A stretch of DNA of 63,996 nucleotides, the filler included, from an uncultured Rhodopirellula sp. (GTDB lineage Bacteria; Planctomycetota; Planctomycetia; Pirellulales; Pirellulaceae), in NCBI GenBank assembly GCA_964007735.1. It is 3 parts of 3 records of this genome, joined end to end, with 100 filler letters (N's around TTAATTAATTAA, not from the genome) between each part and the next. Parts side by side here need not be neighbours in the genome. Positions count along the whole stretch, not along the records: positions 27,593 to 54,376 come from CAXGAI010000055.1; 2 more parts are not named here. One strand, 5' to 3'. The notes beneath the pieces were generated by a model. That model did no database searches, was not told the DNA's origin, and worked only from the letters and a program-made list of their open reading frames with translations. A program made the position numbers and the translations under genes. Position 1 is the stretch's first letter. Each line of letters opens with the position of its first letter. Below are positions 42,059-54,476 of the stretch, in pieces.

Positions 42059-44359
42059 TTACCTTCGGCCAAACGAGGGATGAGCGACGATGGCATGAAT
42101 GGCTGCCCGAAGTGAAAATCCTTCTTCCGTAATCGACACGAAGATGGCGTCAATATCAGGTCGATCCCTTAGGGTAATTTCCCGGCCATGAGCATAACTA
42201 AAAAGTTTACCGATGATGCCCTTTATAATCTGATCCTTATCCGCCATTAGCGCCGTTTTAAGCGTCGTCATGTCGCGAACTTCACGGCCATTGGGAAGTT
42301 TCATGGCGGCATTAATCGGAACCGAGGTAATTCGGAGTTCCTTCGTAAAACTCGTCCCTTTTTGCTGTATAGGCAGTTCTTCAACATGGCGATAAACATT
42401 ACGTTTTCTACCCACTGGATCATAGTATTCCAACGCGAATCCAAGCGGATCAATCTTCGAGTGACATCGCGAGCAGCTTTGAAGTTGTTGATGCTTAAGA
42501 ATGGCTTCACGGACGGTCGTGGTACCCCGGATATCGGGCTCGTTAATCAGGACATCGGCTGGCGGCTCGATACGTTCGTTATATAAATTTTTGAGTATCC
42601 ATGACCCCCGATGGATGGGGGACGTGGTGAAGTCGAGGGAGGTCAACTTGAGGAAACCAGCCTGGGCTACCAGTCCACCACGTTCACTTCCTACCGGTAG
42701 TTGGACAGGCACGAACGAATCCCCATCAACCGCGGCCAAACCGTAGAACCGAGCGAGACGATCATTAACCATGACGAAGTCCGAGTCGATAAAATTCTCC
42801 ATGCTCATACCATATTCAAGCAGGTAATGAAAAAGTTCCCGACCCTCGCGTCCCATAGAATCAACCGTCATGCGACGTACGTCCTTAAACACACGTACAT
42901 CGGGCCCGAAATCGTCCACTTTTTCCAGTTCCAACCACTGACGCGTAAAGTCATCGATAAAGCGAGCGACTTTAGGGTCTTTCAGCATCCGCTCCACCTG
43001 TACAGAGGGAGTAGCAGCCAAAGTGCCAGATTTGGCGGAATTCAGAAGTTCAACATCAGGAACCGAATTCCAGAGAAAATATGATAAACGGTGGGCACGT
43101 TCCACAGGAGTCAACTCGGAAGACTCAGACTTATAGATAAAGTGAGGCGAGGTCAATAACGCGGTAAGCACACTGCGAGTGATAGCTAGCGACGAGGCGC
43201 CGGCCTTTTGTTGTTCCCGCGCCATATTAACAAACACTTTTCGATCTTCACCAACCAATGGCCGCTGTGTGAGAAACATCCCGATATGATCGACCAATTG
43301 CGACGGCTTCATCTTCGAATTAGGCACAAGCCTCTCCATCGCGACGGTGGGCCACTGATCCGTTAGCGGACCCGTCACACGGACTTGCGTGAACCTCATG
43401 GCGGGACCCGTATGGGAATGCTTTACAAGACTCCTCCCGGGCACACGTGCACTATCAAACGTGAACGCCAATTGGTCGCCAGCTTTGAGGGTGAGTCTTG
43501 TCGTAAAGGAATTCGAGCCGTGAGGGAGCGCAATACGTTGAACTAAGCGAAAACTTGTGGGATAACGCCCATCCCCAATATTAATTCCGACAACCTCGCC
43601 CTCCTTTGAATTTTCCGACCGCGCCTTTACATCCAGGCGATACACTCCAAACTCTGGAATGACGAATTGATCATGCCGCTCTGGATCGATTGAAAAATGA
43701 AGATTACTCCGGTAGGGACGAAATCCAGTAAGCACATAATCGTCCCCATCGCTGTAGTCACCGCCACCCCCTGTCGCGAAATTTTTACTGCCATGAAAAT
43801 GCCGAACATCGAATTCCCAAGTCTTTGACTCCGGTTTGACACCCGGCAAAACATGCTCTGCAATAAAGCGGGCCGTTTTTAAGTAAGCCATCACCTGAGA
43901 CGGCGACATAAGGTGCACATCACCAAATTTATCAAAGCCGCGCTCCACATGTTCCGGTGGTAAAAGACCCTCAAAATCAAACGCAATCCCGAAGAGATCA
44001 TGCATCGTATTCGTATATTCCGAACGAGTCACTCGCTTTAGTGAATGATTTGAGCCCTGGGAACCGAGTTGCTCCTGTAACACCCTCACAACCTCACCCA
44101 CGCTCCTTGCATCAGGGGCAGAAGCACTTTTTGGAGGCATTTCACCTGCACTTAGGACAGTAACGACGGACTCCAGCAACTCGACATCGCCGACCAAGTT
44201 ACGCTCCGGCATATCAAGACGAACATTTCCATTTTGTTGCTCCGCACCATGGCAACCGACACAGTGCCGGGCAAAGAATTGCTCTACCTTCGAATCTGCC
44301 AGGAGCGCGGACGTCGCTAACCACACTGCGAGCAACAAAGCACTGGCGGGTCGTGTCAT
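42059..44359 (-). CDS. DUF1592/DUF1588 planctomycete cytochrome c protein
   Basis: CVGCHG, RVTRSEYTNT, RLSYFLW, SPIHRGSW, CSRCH.KIDPLG. Confidence 0.9.
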   Translation of the reverse strand: MTRPASALLLAVWLATSALLADSKVEQFFARHCVGCHGAEQQNGNVRLDMPERNLVGDVELLESVVTVLSAGEMPPKSASAPDARSVGEVVRVLQEQLGSQGSNHSLKRVTRSEYTNTMHDLFGIAFDFEGLLPPEHVERGFDKFGDVHLMSPSQVMAYLKTARFIAEHVLPGVKPESKTWEFDVRHFHGSKNFATGGGGDYSDGDDYVLTGFRPYRSNLHFSIDPERHDQFVIPEFGVYRLDVKARSENSKEGEVVGINIGDGRYPTSFRLVQRIALPHGSNSFTTRLTLKAGDQLAFTFDSARVPGRSLVKHSHTGPAMRFTQVRVTGPLTDQWPTVAMERLVPNSKMKPSQLVDHIGMFLTQRPLVGEDRKVFVNMAREQQKAGASSLAITRSVLTALLTSPHFIYKSESSELTPVERAHRLSYFLWNSVPDVELLNSAKSGTLAATPSVQVERMLKDPKVARFIDDFTRQWLELEKVDDFGPDVRVFKDVRRMTVDSMGREGRELFHYLLEYGMSMENFIDSDFVMVNDRLARFYGLAAVDGDSFVPVQLPVGSERGGLVAQAGFLKLTSLDFTTSPIHRGSWILKNLYNERIEPPADVLINEPDIRGTTTVREAILKHQQLQSCSRCHSKIDPLGFALEYYDPVGRKRNVYRHVEELPIQQKGTSFTKELRITSVPINAAMKLPNGREVRDMTTLKTALMADKDQIIKGIIGKLFSYAHGREITLRDRPDIDAIFVSITEEGFSLRAAIHAIVAHPSFGRR

Positions 44360-45579
44360 GCTAACACCTCAAACGCTCCCGTACTTTCGCCAAAGAACTC
44401 CTGCTCCGGAGCGAATAGTTGCAGCAAACCAAGATAGAGGTTGCTCATCGGGACGTCTTGCATTTGCCAATGTCCGGGAGTTCTTAGGCGACTATCGAAC
44501 ACCAATGCTGGGAGATTATCAAAGTTGTGAGAATTTGCGCTACCCATCGATGCTGTCAGCAAGGTGGTTGTCTGGTCAAACAGCGTCCCATTGCCTGAGG
44601 TGCGTTCCTTCATCATGCTAAGCGAACGGCTAATCCTCTTGAGAATTGCGTGTTCAAGCACCAGTAACTTTTTGATTTTCTCAGGTTTCTGGCCATGGTG
44701 CGAAAGATCGTGATAATTGCCGCTAATTTCAGGCTCTTTAAAGCCTTCCCAAAAAGGGATTTGCACGGTAACCGAGCGGGTTGAATCGGTTTGCAATGCA
44801 AGAACAGCAAGATCAAGCAAAGTCCCGACGTAGTCATCGACAGACTTGCGGCTGAAATCATCTAGCTTGTAATCAACACGCGGTTTTGACCGCTCTGCCC
44901 AGTAGGCTCGACGCCGCACGGACTGTTCAACCTCTCGTACTGACGTAAGATACTCGTCCAACTTAATTCGGTCAGTGACATTAAGACGTTTTTCCATCGA
45001 ACTGGCTTGTGCAAGAACGGCGTCAAGTATACTGCGGTCTTCGGCAAGAATTTGCTGCTGTGTTCTCTCGTCTTCATCGACCTGAAAAAGCTGATTGAAG
45101 ATTTTCCGGGGTGAATCAATCTGGTGCACCGGTAATCCGTGTTTATCCCAGGAAATCTGAGAAAAGTCGAGATTTTCACCAGCCTGAAACACCAGAGACT
45201 TAAAACGCGTGCTGGCTCCAATTTCGTCGGCCACCGCCTGATCGATCGAAATCCGGTTCTTGCGGTGAAGCTTGTTGAAATAACCGGAAAGAATACCAAC
45301 GCAAGGCGTATGTCCGAAACCGTTCTGTACAGCCGGGTTGTCCAATCCGCTGAGTATCTTCAGGTGATTAAAGTGATCGGAGAGCTCATTTAACAAGGTG
45401 GGTACTTTAACAAACGGGCCTTCTGTTAGCGGAATCAACTCAGGCTGATAAAAGCTAAGATGATTTACGATCGTCAAGAGGCGTCGCGGCGCATCCTCCT
45501 CCCCGACCTGTCCGAGGCTCTCCATACACGGAAGAAGCAATGCCACTCCAGACCCTCTTAGAAAGCTGCGTCTGATCAT
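44356..45579 (-). CDS. DUF1552 (HXXSHH) protein
   Basis: MIRRSFLRG..V.L.LP, SIDQAVA, YHDLSHH. Overlaps the downstream gene by 4 bp. Confidence 0.9.
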   Translation of the reverse strand: MIRRSFLRGSGVALLLPCMESLGQVGEEDAPRRLLTIVNHLSFYQPELIPLTEGPFVKVPTLLNELSDHFNHLKILSGLDNPAVQNGFGHTPCVGILSGYFNKLHRKNRISIDQAVADEIGASTRFKSLVFQAGENLDFSQISWDKHGLPVHQIDSPRKIFNQLFQVDEDERTQQQILAEDRSILDAVLAQASSMEKRLNVTDRIKLDEYLTSVREVEQSVRRRAYWAERSKPRVDYKLDDFSRKSVDDYVGTLLDLAVLALQTDSTRSVTVQIPFWEGFKEPEISGNYHDLSHHGQKPEKIKKLLVLEHAILKRISRSLSMMKERTSGNGTLFDQTTTLLTASMGSANSHNFDNLPALVFDSRLRTPGHWQMQDVPMSNLYLGLLQLFAPEQEFFGESTGAFEVLA

Positions 45580-45891
45580 CTCTGTTTTCTTTCGGTCGCA
45601 TGGGCGAATCGACCCGCGGAGGCGTTTGCCGTCCACTATCTCACCTATGAATAATTCCTGCGGTCACACTCAACGCGTTTGGTTATTTTATTCATGCCTT
45701 TAGCGTAGAACAATAGTATCGGCAGACAATAGGTTATCAATTAAAGATTAGCAATAGAAGGGTTGGCACTGCACGCAACGGTCCTGGCTGAGATTGGATG
45801 GAATGCGTACCAGACATTAAGTTATAATTTGGGTAGACAATCAAATGCCTGAAACCTGCTTTGCCCAATACAACGAGCCAAGGATGATGTC

Positions 45892-47070
45892 TTGAAATCA
45901 CAAACGCTATCACGTCGAAACTTGCTTATCGCCAGCGGTGGCATAGCTGTAACCAGCCTGGCGACTCCTTCTTTCGCCGTTGAACCGTCTATTGACCCAC
46001 TAGGTAAGGATTTGATCTTCCGAACCGCAGACCCCCGAAATGGGGAGCCGAAATTGAGCAAGTTGGTCCAATCCTGGCTTACTCCGACCAAACACTTCTA
46101 CGTCCGTTCCCACGCACCTAATCCGCAAATTAATGTCGATAAGTTTGTCCTCACTGTCGAGGGAAAGGTGAGAACACCACTGGCCTTAACGATGGATCAG
46201 TTAAAGCAGCTTCCCCGGCACAATCTGACAGCCACGCTCACCTGCGCCGGCAATCGCCGTTCCGAATTCAATACAGAGGGAAAGGTAGGCGGTGTTCAAT
46301 GGGCAGCTGGCCCTATCGGCAACGCGAAATGGTCTGGATTCGCACTGTCTGATGTACTTAGGAAGGCAGAAGTCCTTGAGGAGGCCCGACACGTTTGGTT
46401 TGAAGGCCTGGACCAAATCCAAAGATCCAATGCCGTCATCCCATTTGGCGGATCTATTCCCATTGAGAAAGCGATGGTAAACGAAACTATTCCGGGGGCT
46501 GTTCTCGCGGATCAAATGAACGGTCAGCAACTAACGCCAGATCACGGATACCCCTTGCGCACCATAGTCCCGGGATATATTGGAGCCCGTAGTGTTAAGT
46601 GGCTGGGGAAGATTGTCGTAAGTGACAAGCCTTCCCCCAATCATTATTTAGCCACGGCCTACAAGCTAGTGAAGAAGACAGATCCAATTGACTGGACCGA
46701 GTCAGGCCCCATTTACCGTTATCCCATAAACGGTGCCATTGCGACTCCAGAAGCCGGAGTCACCGTACCAGCCGGACGACTTGATATTTCTGGCTATGTC
46801 CTGCCTACTGGTCTTATGAACTCAAGGGCACATCGAATCGAAATCTCTACCGATAACGGCGTAACATGGGTGGCTGCAAAGGTCACCGATGGAAATAGTG
46901 ATTTTTGCTGGCAATTATGGAAAGCTCGCGTCAAAGTAACCTCGCGTACTACTTCACTTCTGATGCGTGCCTCCGACAATACCGGGGGATTTATGCCGCA
47001 ACGCGTTGCCTGGAACGCTAAAGGCTATCTACAGAATTCGTGGTATCGATTACCGATCAGAGTTTCCTGA
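45892..47070 (+). CDS. Tat-exported sulfite oxidase-family molybdoenzyme
   Basis: SRRNLL Tat motif; FYVRSH, CAGNRR, HGYPLR..VPG.IG.RSVKWL, WNAKGY. Confidence 0.9.
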   Translation: MKSQTLSRRNLLIASGGIAVTSLATPSFAVEPSIDPLGKDLIFRTADPRNGEPKLSKLVQSWLTPTKHFYVRSHAPNPQINVDKFVLTVEGKVRTPLALTMDQLKQLPRHNLTATLTCAGNRRSEFNTEGKVGGVQWAAGPIGNAKWSGFALSDVLRKAEVLEEARHVWFEGLDQIQRSNAVIPFGGSIPIEKAMVNETIPGAVLADQMNGQQLTPDHGYPLRTIVPGYIGARSVKWLGKIVVSDKPSPNHYLATAYKLVKKTDPIDWTESGPIYRYPINGAIATPEAGVTVPAGRLDISGYVLPTGLMNSRAHRIEISTDNGVTWVAAKVTDGNSDFCWQLWKARVKVTSRTTSLLMRASDNTGGFMPQRVAWNAKGYLQNSWYRLPIRVS

Positions 47071-47405
47071 CTACGGTTCTCTTGCTGAATTTCATTACAG
47101 TACCTCTATTAGCACCCCGAATCATCACTACTGCTTTTCAAACAGCTATCCGAATTGAACATTTGATCGATCATGTGACATTTAGGCGGCAATCTCATCT
47201 TTCCCCATCAGCATGACCGTAAATACACCCCTTCCACATCACGCTCTCCGGTTATTCCATCGTCTGAGAGATTTTGTTAAACTTTCTCTCTGTATGGGAA
47301 ATCAGGGCTTTTGACCAATTTCCACAACTGTAGCAAACAGGTAGAACGCGGATCTCTTATTTTTCTCCTACTCCCGCGTCTAACATTCAATGAGGTGCAA
47401 CCGAC

Positions 47406-48719
47406 ATGGCTTCTTCGACGTCAATTCTTGCGGATAAACTACACGAGTATCCCCAGCAAAATGTCCTCGACGGGGGAACAGCTTCAGTCCTCGACGCATG
47501 CCTGAACAAACATGATGGGGTATTACAACTGGTACATCGTTACGCCGGACGAACTTTTTGCACACCCGGAAAACGCCTGCGACTTGACGCAGCATCATAT
47601 TACCCGGAATACATGAACGGCACCGGGCTTGATGAACTCTGGATGGGCTGCACTGTTCCCATCGTTACCGGCGTCATCGACACGCGTACGCAGAGGGCGC
47701 CTTTTCGAGAAGGCGAGTCCCACGTGCTCACCGCAGATGGCCAACTAATCTCACTACAAGACTTGATCGTGGCCGACTCAACGGCAGTCATGGGCGAAAA
47801 GATCACGACCTTATCAAAGTCCCTTTTGGGTAAAGTCACCTGGCCGATTGTATCGAAGAAGTTTGATAATCTTAATCCGATTCCTGATCACCTACACTGG
47901 ACGAAATGGGAAGTTTATGACATCAACTCCTACGACAATCCGGGAGTCAGTGCTTCGCACTATCATACTACTGCCATGGGTTTGTACTCCTTCGTGACGA
48001 AGGATCAATTCCTCGATTGTATGAAACGTTTCGGACAGGGTGAATATAACGGTATCAGGCATTTGGCGCCGCATGTAATGATGCGTCTTGACAATGGATT
48101 CGTGATGCCCAATGGCGTGCTACACTCGCCGACCAACCTCTGCACCCACGAATTACATGTCACCATGGACGAACACTTTCTCGCCGAGGACCTAACACTT
48201 GACGGCCGGATTGGCGCGGCCGACGCCTTCTACGCCTGCCGCGAGGAAGACTATCCGACGGATCGACATGAAGACTGGGAATACCTAGTGGACAAATTTG
48301 ATTTCGAAGCCAATCAGAATCCGGATTTTGTTCGAAACAACGCGCGACCCGCTATTTCGGCGGAGGACTTCCTCGATAATGGTGTCGACGCAAAATGGAT
48401 CGTTTATGGGAATTTCCTTGGCGACCAAAAGTGCTCTATACTCCGACTCACGTTGGAACCGGGAGCCGCAACGACCTTTTGTCCAGAAAGCCCAACTTTG
48501 TTCCATACAAACCGTGGCAGTGGGCAAGTTGGAAAGCTCGAAGTGCGATACCACCAGGATATGAGGCTAGGCGAGGTCTATCCCGAAATTGGCTTCATTA
48601 CTCAGTCGGCCCTTGCGATTGGCGGGGGGAAGATTAGAAACACGGGCGACGAACCGTTTGTCTTGACGTTTGACTTCCCACAGCTGGCGCACTCTAAAAC
48701 TCCTGGCGTTACCGAATAG
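47406..48719 (+). CDS. Hypothetical cupin-fold protein (distant type I phosphomannose isomerase-like)
   Basis: ELWMG, WPIVSKKFD...IPDHLH and VMPNGVLHSP resemble PMI-I cupin motifs. Confidence 0.5.
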   Translation: MASSTSILADKLHEYPQQNVLDGGTASVLDACLNKHDGVLQLVHRYAGRTFCTPGKRLRLDAASYYPEYMNGTGLDELWMGCTVPIVTGVIDTRTQRAPFREGESHVLTADGQLISLQDLIVADSTAVMGEKITTLSKSLLGKVTWPIVSKKFDNLNPIPDHLHWTKWEVYDINSYDNPGVSASHYHTTAMGLYSFVTKDQFLDCMKRFGQGEYNGIRHLAPHVMMRLDNGFVMPNGVLHSPTNLCTHELHVTMDEHFLAEDLTLDGRIGAADAFYACREEDYPTDRHEDWEYLVDKFDFEANQNPDFVRNNARPAISAEDFLDNGVDAKWIVYGNFLGDQKCSILRLTLEPGAATTFCPESPTLFHTNRGSGQVGKLEVRYHQDMRLGEVYPEIGFITQSALAIGGGKIRNTGDEPFVLTFDFPQLAHSKTPGVTE

Positions 48720-49062
48720 AGGTTTCGGACGGTATTCATCTTAGTGTAGAAGCTGTCATTCGTTAAACATAGGCACGCAATATTGGCCCGATAGTTCCGC
48801 TTAACTCGCCGTAAAACACGTCCTCAAGCACGTACACTGAATAGCGACGTCAGCGCACGTTACTGATAACTTTCGAACCGCTTAACAAAACTATTACTAG
48901 ACCGATGGCGAGGTTCTGAGCTCGTCAATGGTAAAGCAGCGGCCTGTTTGAAGGGTGAAAACAAATAGTTGACCTTTACGATATTGCGGCGATACTTAAC
49001 AAAAGTGCTTTATCTAGACTAAAGCCTAATTTCAGTGTTTTTGATTCTCTTTTAGTAGGCCG

Positions 49063-52000
49063 ATGAAAAAACGACGACGGACCTTTTCCAAGCCCGACCA
49101 AAGCTCCAACACGATACGTACGCGTCGTCTTGAGTTCGAACAACTTGAGACACGACGCGTTTTGGACGCTTCGGCACCGGCTATGTTGCAATGGTTCGAA
49201 ACAGATTATCAGGTGATGGAGTCACGACTCCCGGATGTATTTGAAGCCGGATATGGTGCCATCTGGGTTCCGCCAACAGGGCGCGCTGATTCCGGGAATC
49301 AATCCGTTGGTTACGACGTATACGACCGCTTTGACCTGGGTGCCAGTGATAACCCGACGCTTTACGGAACGCGCAATGAGCTACAAACCCTAGTGGAAAT
49401 GACACACCGTTTCGGGGGCTCCATCTATGTGGACGCTGTAATAAACCACAACGGGTTTTCCGATAGTGGAACTGACGATTTTCTTAATGCTGGTGGCTAC
49501 CCAGGTTTTGCCTTAACCCTTGACAGCGCGGTGGACGGAGATTTTCACAGCGCGTTTGCCGGCGGAGACATCGAAGGACGTCTCTCTGGATTAATTGATA
49601 TAAACCACCGTACGAACCACCAATTTATCCGACATCCTATTAGCCCCGACGATCCCGCCAATCTTCCCGGCCCGGCTGCTAATTATCAGGGGCCACGACC
49701 GGCCAATGTGCCTGATATTTCAAACAAGCAATTTTATCCGGACCGCGATTTAGACCCCATAATGCTTTTCGACCCGTCGACCGGGGAAGCCAACATCGCA
49801 GTCTATCCCTTCAATCCCGACTGCATTTCCTGCGGTGATCCTGTCCAGGAGAACGCAACCGGTTATCTCATGCGATACTTGCAATGGATGGTGCAGGAAG
49901 TGGGAATTGACGGCTTTCGCATCGACGCCGCCAAACATGTTCATGGCGAAGTTCTCGATTACTTCGACCGAGCGGTATATCGAGCAAATCCACGCCCGAT
50001 GCTTAACGGTTCCATTCAGCACGTTTTCAGTTTCAGCGAAGCATTTACGGGAGATAAGCAAGCACTTTTAGGTCACGTTAAAAAGAACATTGATCCTTCA
50101 GACTCTGGGCGCATTGGGGGGAATCGCGACGCTTTAGATTTCAGCGTATTTTTTGCTTTGCGGGACAACCTCTCATCACCTGGTACGCAAAATGCATGGT
50201 TTAACGTCAAAGCCGCCTCCCTGGATGATGCGGATGACGGCATCCGAAATGGTTCTGCTGGTGTTCTATTCGTCCAGAGCCATGACGAACACGGGCCCAC
50301 TGAACTGGGGAATCTAGCGCATGCCTATACGTTGCTGCAGCCGGGAAATGCTGTCGTTTATTTAAACGGCCATCAATTTGGTGATGAACGGGAATTTCCG
50401 AAATCCGGTAGGGGTGATGCCCTTGGAGGTGTCTACGGAAACGCCTTAACTGACTTAGTCTCTATTCGAAATACTCACGGGCGGGGAAGATATCTTGAAC
50501 GATGGATTGATAACGAGGGGATTCTGGCCTTTGAACGCGAAGCGAGTACTCTCATAGGCCTGTCCAATAGGGGTGATAACGGTTTCGACCAACGAACGGT
50601 TCAGGTGGCTATGGCGCCTGGAACTCACCTTATCGAGTTAACCGGTAACAGCGACAGTCTACAGGTAGACCCTCTCGATGACATTTCCTCTGTCCTTACG
50701 GTTTCAGAGAATGGGACCGTGGACTTGCGGATTCCACGCGCGAATAACGCCAATGGAACTCGTCATGGCCAGAGCTATGTTATTTATGGCCTAGCAACTC
50801 CTCAGTCTGAAAATGGGCTGGAGATAATCGGTGCATCCAACGTGCTCACGGGTTCCCTACCGGAGGCAAGCGACTTCGAAAATGGACGGACACGTCTTAG
50901 CGACTTGCATATCATTACTGACGATACTTTCCAGACGCGATTGTTAACGAATGAGGTACGGTTACTAGGGTCTGACGATCTAAGAGATCCCTATGCCGAC
51001 GGCGACCATGCGTTACTTAAATTAGACGGTGGAACTGATATCAACGGTAATGGCAATGTAGATTACGTTGACCCTTCAAATATCAGCTACGGCTTTGAAG
51101 CTTTTACTGATAAATCGAGTCCGCTGATCGGGCCTAATGGAATAAACGGCGAACGCGGAGATGGTGAATTCCTGCAAACAATCGATGCAACTCATTTAGA
51201 GGAAGGAATCCACTTCCTTGAGGCGCGCGCATTTCGACATCGCACAGATAATGGCCCGAGTGTTTTTACAGATTTCAAACAAAGCATTTATGTAGACCGA
51301 CTGCCTCCGGAATCTGAGATTGCCAGCTTCCATGCAAGGGTGGACGGTGTTAATGAAAACAGAACCTTCCACATAAGGTCAACCGACAAAACAGCCAATA
51401 GTGTACATGTATTCTTAGATCTGCCGTCTGGATTATCAGACGAATCGATTATCGCTATGGTTCAACAAGGAGAAGGAACAACAACGCAGATCGACCGCGA
51501 CGTCTTCAAAAAAGATATAGATGCTGTTACTCACGGCAATCATGCCGTGACTGTTGTTACCTTTGAAATAACCGGAAACGTGAACGTACAAAGGTACGGA
51601 GGTGTCTTCGCCGAAACTATCTACGGCGCCGGACTGGGAGATCTTAATTTTGACGGGTCAATCGATCAAACGGATGTTGATCTATTCAAAACCCTTTATG
51701 TGAGTCGCAATGATAGTTTTAACGCGGCGGCTGATTTTAACGGTGATGGGTTGATTACCTACCGAGATCTAGTGGACTATAGAGACCGGTTGAGACAAAT
51801 AAACGCGTCTGATCAAACAATCGCCTCCTTCAACGACTTCCACGCCACTTATTTCTCCGCTTTAGAAGACCGGTTCACCATTGGCGTCAACGAATCCCTC
51901 GATCTCGAACCCCCAGGTTTGTTAACCAACGATCTCGATCCCGGAATGGAAGGGTCCTTGCTAGCGGTCGCAAATCCCCAACTCACCGGTTCGCTCGGTA

Positions 52001-54376
52001 GTACCGCGACCGTATCGTCCAACGGTCGATTTAGCTATTCACCAAATCCTTCGATGAAGGGTCTCATGCTCGGACAGGAAACGATAGAGACATTTCATTA
52101 CCAACTAACTGATGGCCTAGGGTCGATATCGACAGCTCCAATACAAGTCACCGTGCAAGGTGTAAACACTGCACCAACTATTTCGTATATCAGCGACGTT
52201 GTCATATCCCAGGACGCTAGCACCCAAGTGATTGACCTCAGGCAGCTCTCCTCAGGTGACGGTACCGACCAACCCATCAGCGTAACGGCGACCTCTACAA
52301 GAGCAGATCTTACTGGCGATTTACTCCTTAGCGTATTAGAGAACAGCACAACTGGCACTCTCCAATTCACTCCGGTCGCAGGTAGTTATGGAAGCGCGGA
52401 CATCGTAGTTTCCATAGAAGATGGTGGACTCGACAATGATTTAGACACCTTAACCGACAACGGCCGTACGCAACGAACATTCACCATAAACGTAGTAGAC
52501 AGTGACGGGCTAAGCAGCAATATGAGTGGGTTCCAGCAGCGACACAAACAGTCGACAGGAAACACCGCCCCGTCTAAACTTCTCGTTGGCGATTTCAATT
52601 CCGATGGCGTTAACGATGTACTTCTTGCGTCCTTTACGACCGGAACTGTTGCCCATTGGTCCGGACAGAACAACCAAAACCAAACGACACCCATCCTAGA
52701 AAACATTCAGGGACTTATTGATTTCCAATCCGAAGATCTTGATGCTGATGGCGATCCGGATCTTATGATCCACTCGACCGACGACCATGGATTACACTGG
52801 TATCAAAACCTCGGCGATTGGAATTTTGAAAAACGGGAATTCCAACAAAACAGTGCTATCACACCACATTTTTTCACCACGATCGATCTCGATCTGGACG
52901 GCAATTTAGATCTCCTAACCAACACCACTATCAACGCCGGGCAAGACACTCGCATCGAATGGCATAAAAACGATGGAACTCCACTCGCTCTTCAAACAAC
53001 AATTCTGTTCGATGTGCCGGGCATCGCAGGCAAACCCGTTGCAGGCGATCTCGATAACGATGGCGACCTGGACATCATTTTATCAACACCCGCCGAAAAG
53101 ACGCTCCGCTGGTTTGAAAACGACGGAAACCTGAGCTTTTCACTCAGGACCTTAAACTCGAATGAAAGCCCTTTGTTGCCGTCCGTCTCGTACAATCCAG
53201 AAATTGCTGACTTTAACAACGACGGGCATCTAGATATTCTCGTACCGGAAAATCAATTAGATGGATTGCATCTATTATTAAACGACGGTTCTGGACAATT
53301 CATGGTGACCGCCGTCGGAGAACAAACTCCTTCCAAGTTCATACTTATAGAAGATCTTGATGCTGATGGCGATCTCGATCTTGCGGCATTCAACCACCAT
53401 CAGACAAATGTCGTTTGGATGGAGAACGATTCGCGAGGACGTTTTGTAACACACACTCTTGCTGAAGATTTTAGCGAGATTCTGACGGTCGCTCCAATTC
53501 CATCACGGACTAATCATCCTAATCTGTTAGTCGGCTCCCAAGACCATTTCGATGTCGGGGCAATCTCGCTCCTCGAGAACCGTCAAACCGCAGCTGACTC
53601 AATAGACATTATCGTTGATTATCGCTTCGACACGGGCTTCTTTAATAATCATCCGGAACGTCAACGCATAATGGAGTCTGCTGCGAGAGTGCTGGAATCA
53701 CATATAAAAGATACTCTAAGTGCGATTGAACCCTCGAGCCCAAATACATGGTCTGTCAATTTTAATAATCCGGCCACGGGCGAAGCTACGTCGATAGAAA
53801 ATCTAGATATTCCTGAAGATACCCTCATCATCTTTGTTGGGGCCTATAACATTGATGGACTGGGCTATGGTGGTCCGGGCGGCTGGTCCGCCTCGGGGAC
53901 CCAGCAGTGGCTTGATACTGTCCGGACTCGAGGTGAAGGTGGAATAACAAATCGGGAGGAAGATACAACTGACCTCGCGCCTTGGGGTGGGGCAATAACT
54001 TTTGCAAGCCAAGCAAACTGGCATTCCGATTTGACCTCCCCAAGTACGGGTGCCAATGACCTCTATTCGGTCGCGATCCATGAAATGGCTCACGTATTAG
54101 GGATCGGGATTTCTGATTCATGGAACAACCTCATCAACGCCTCAGGGCAATTTACAGGCTTCAACTCTGTTTCCAGCTACGGAGACAACATCCCATTGAT
54201 CAGTGACGGCTCACATTGGCTTGACGGGACGGAAAGCCAGCTGATTACCTCCGACCACCAACAAGAAACATTGATGGATCCTGATCTGACGGTCGGGGAA
54301 CGAAAACTACTCACAAAATTAGATCTCGCAAGTCTCATTGATATCGGCTGGGAAATATCACCTACCAATCATATTC
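49063..54376 (+). CDS. Large extracellular GH13 alpha-amylase with dockerin-like, cadherin/VCBS, FG-GAP and zincin domains, truncated at contig end
   Basis: EQLETRRVL leader; DAVINH, GFRIDAAKH, FSE, FVQSHD; GDLNFDG/ADFNGDG; D.D.DGD.D repeats; HEMAHVLG...LMDP. Confidence 0.85.
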
Positions 54377-54476
54377 NNNNNNNNNNNNNNNNNNNNNNNN
54401 NNNNNNNNNNNNNNNNNNNNTTAATTAATTAANNNNNNNNNNNNNNNNNNNNNNNNNNNNNNNNNNNNNNNNNNNN
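54377..54476. other. Artificial contig spacer
   Basis: N44 + TTAATTAATTAA + N44. Confidence 0.98.
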
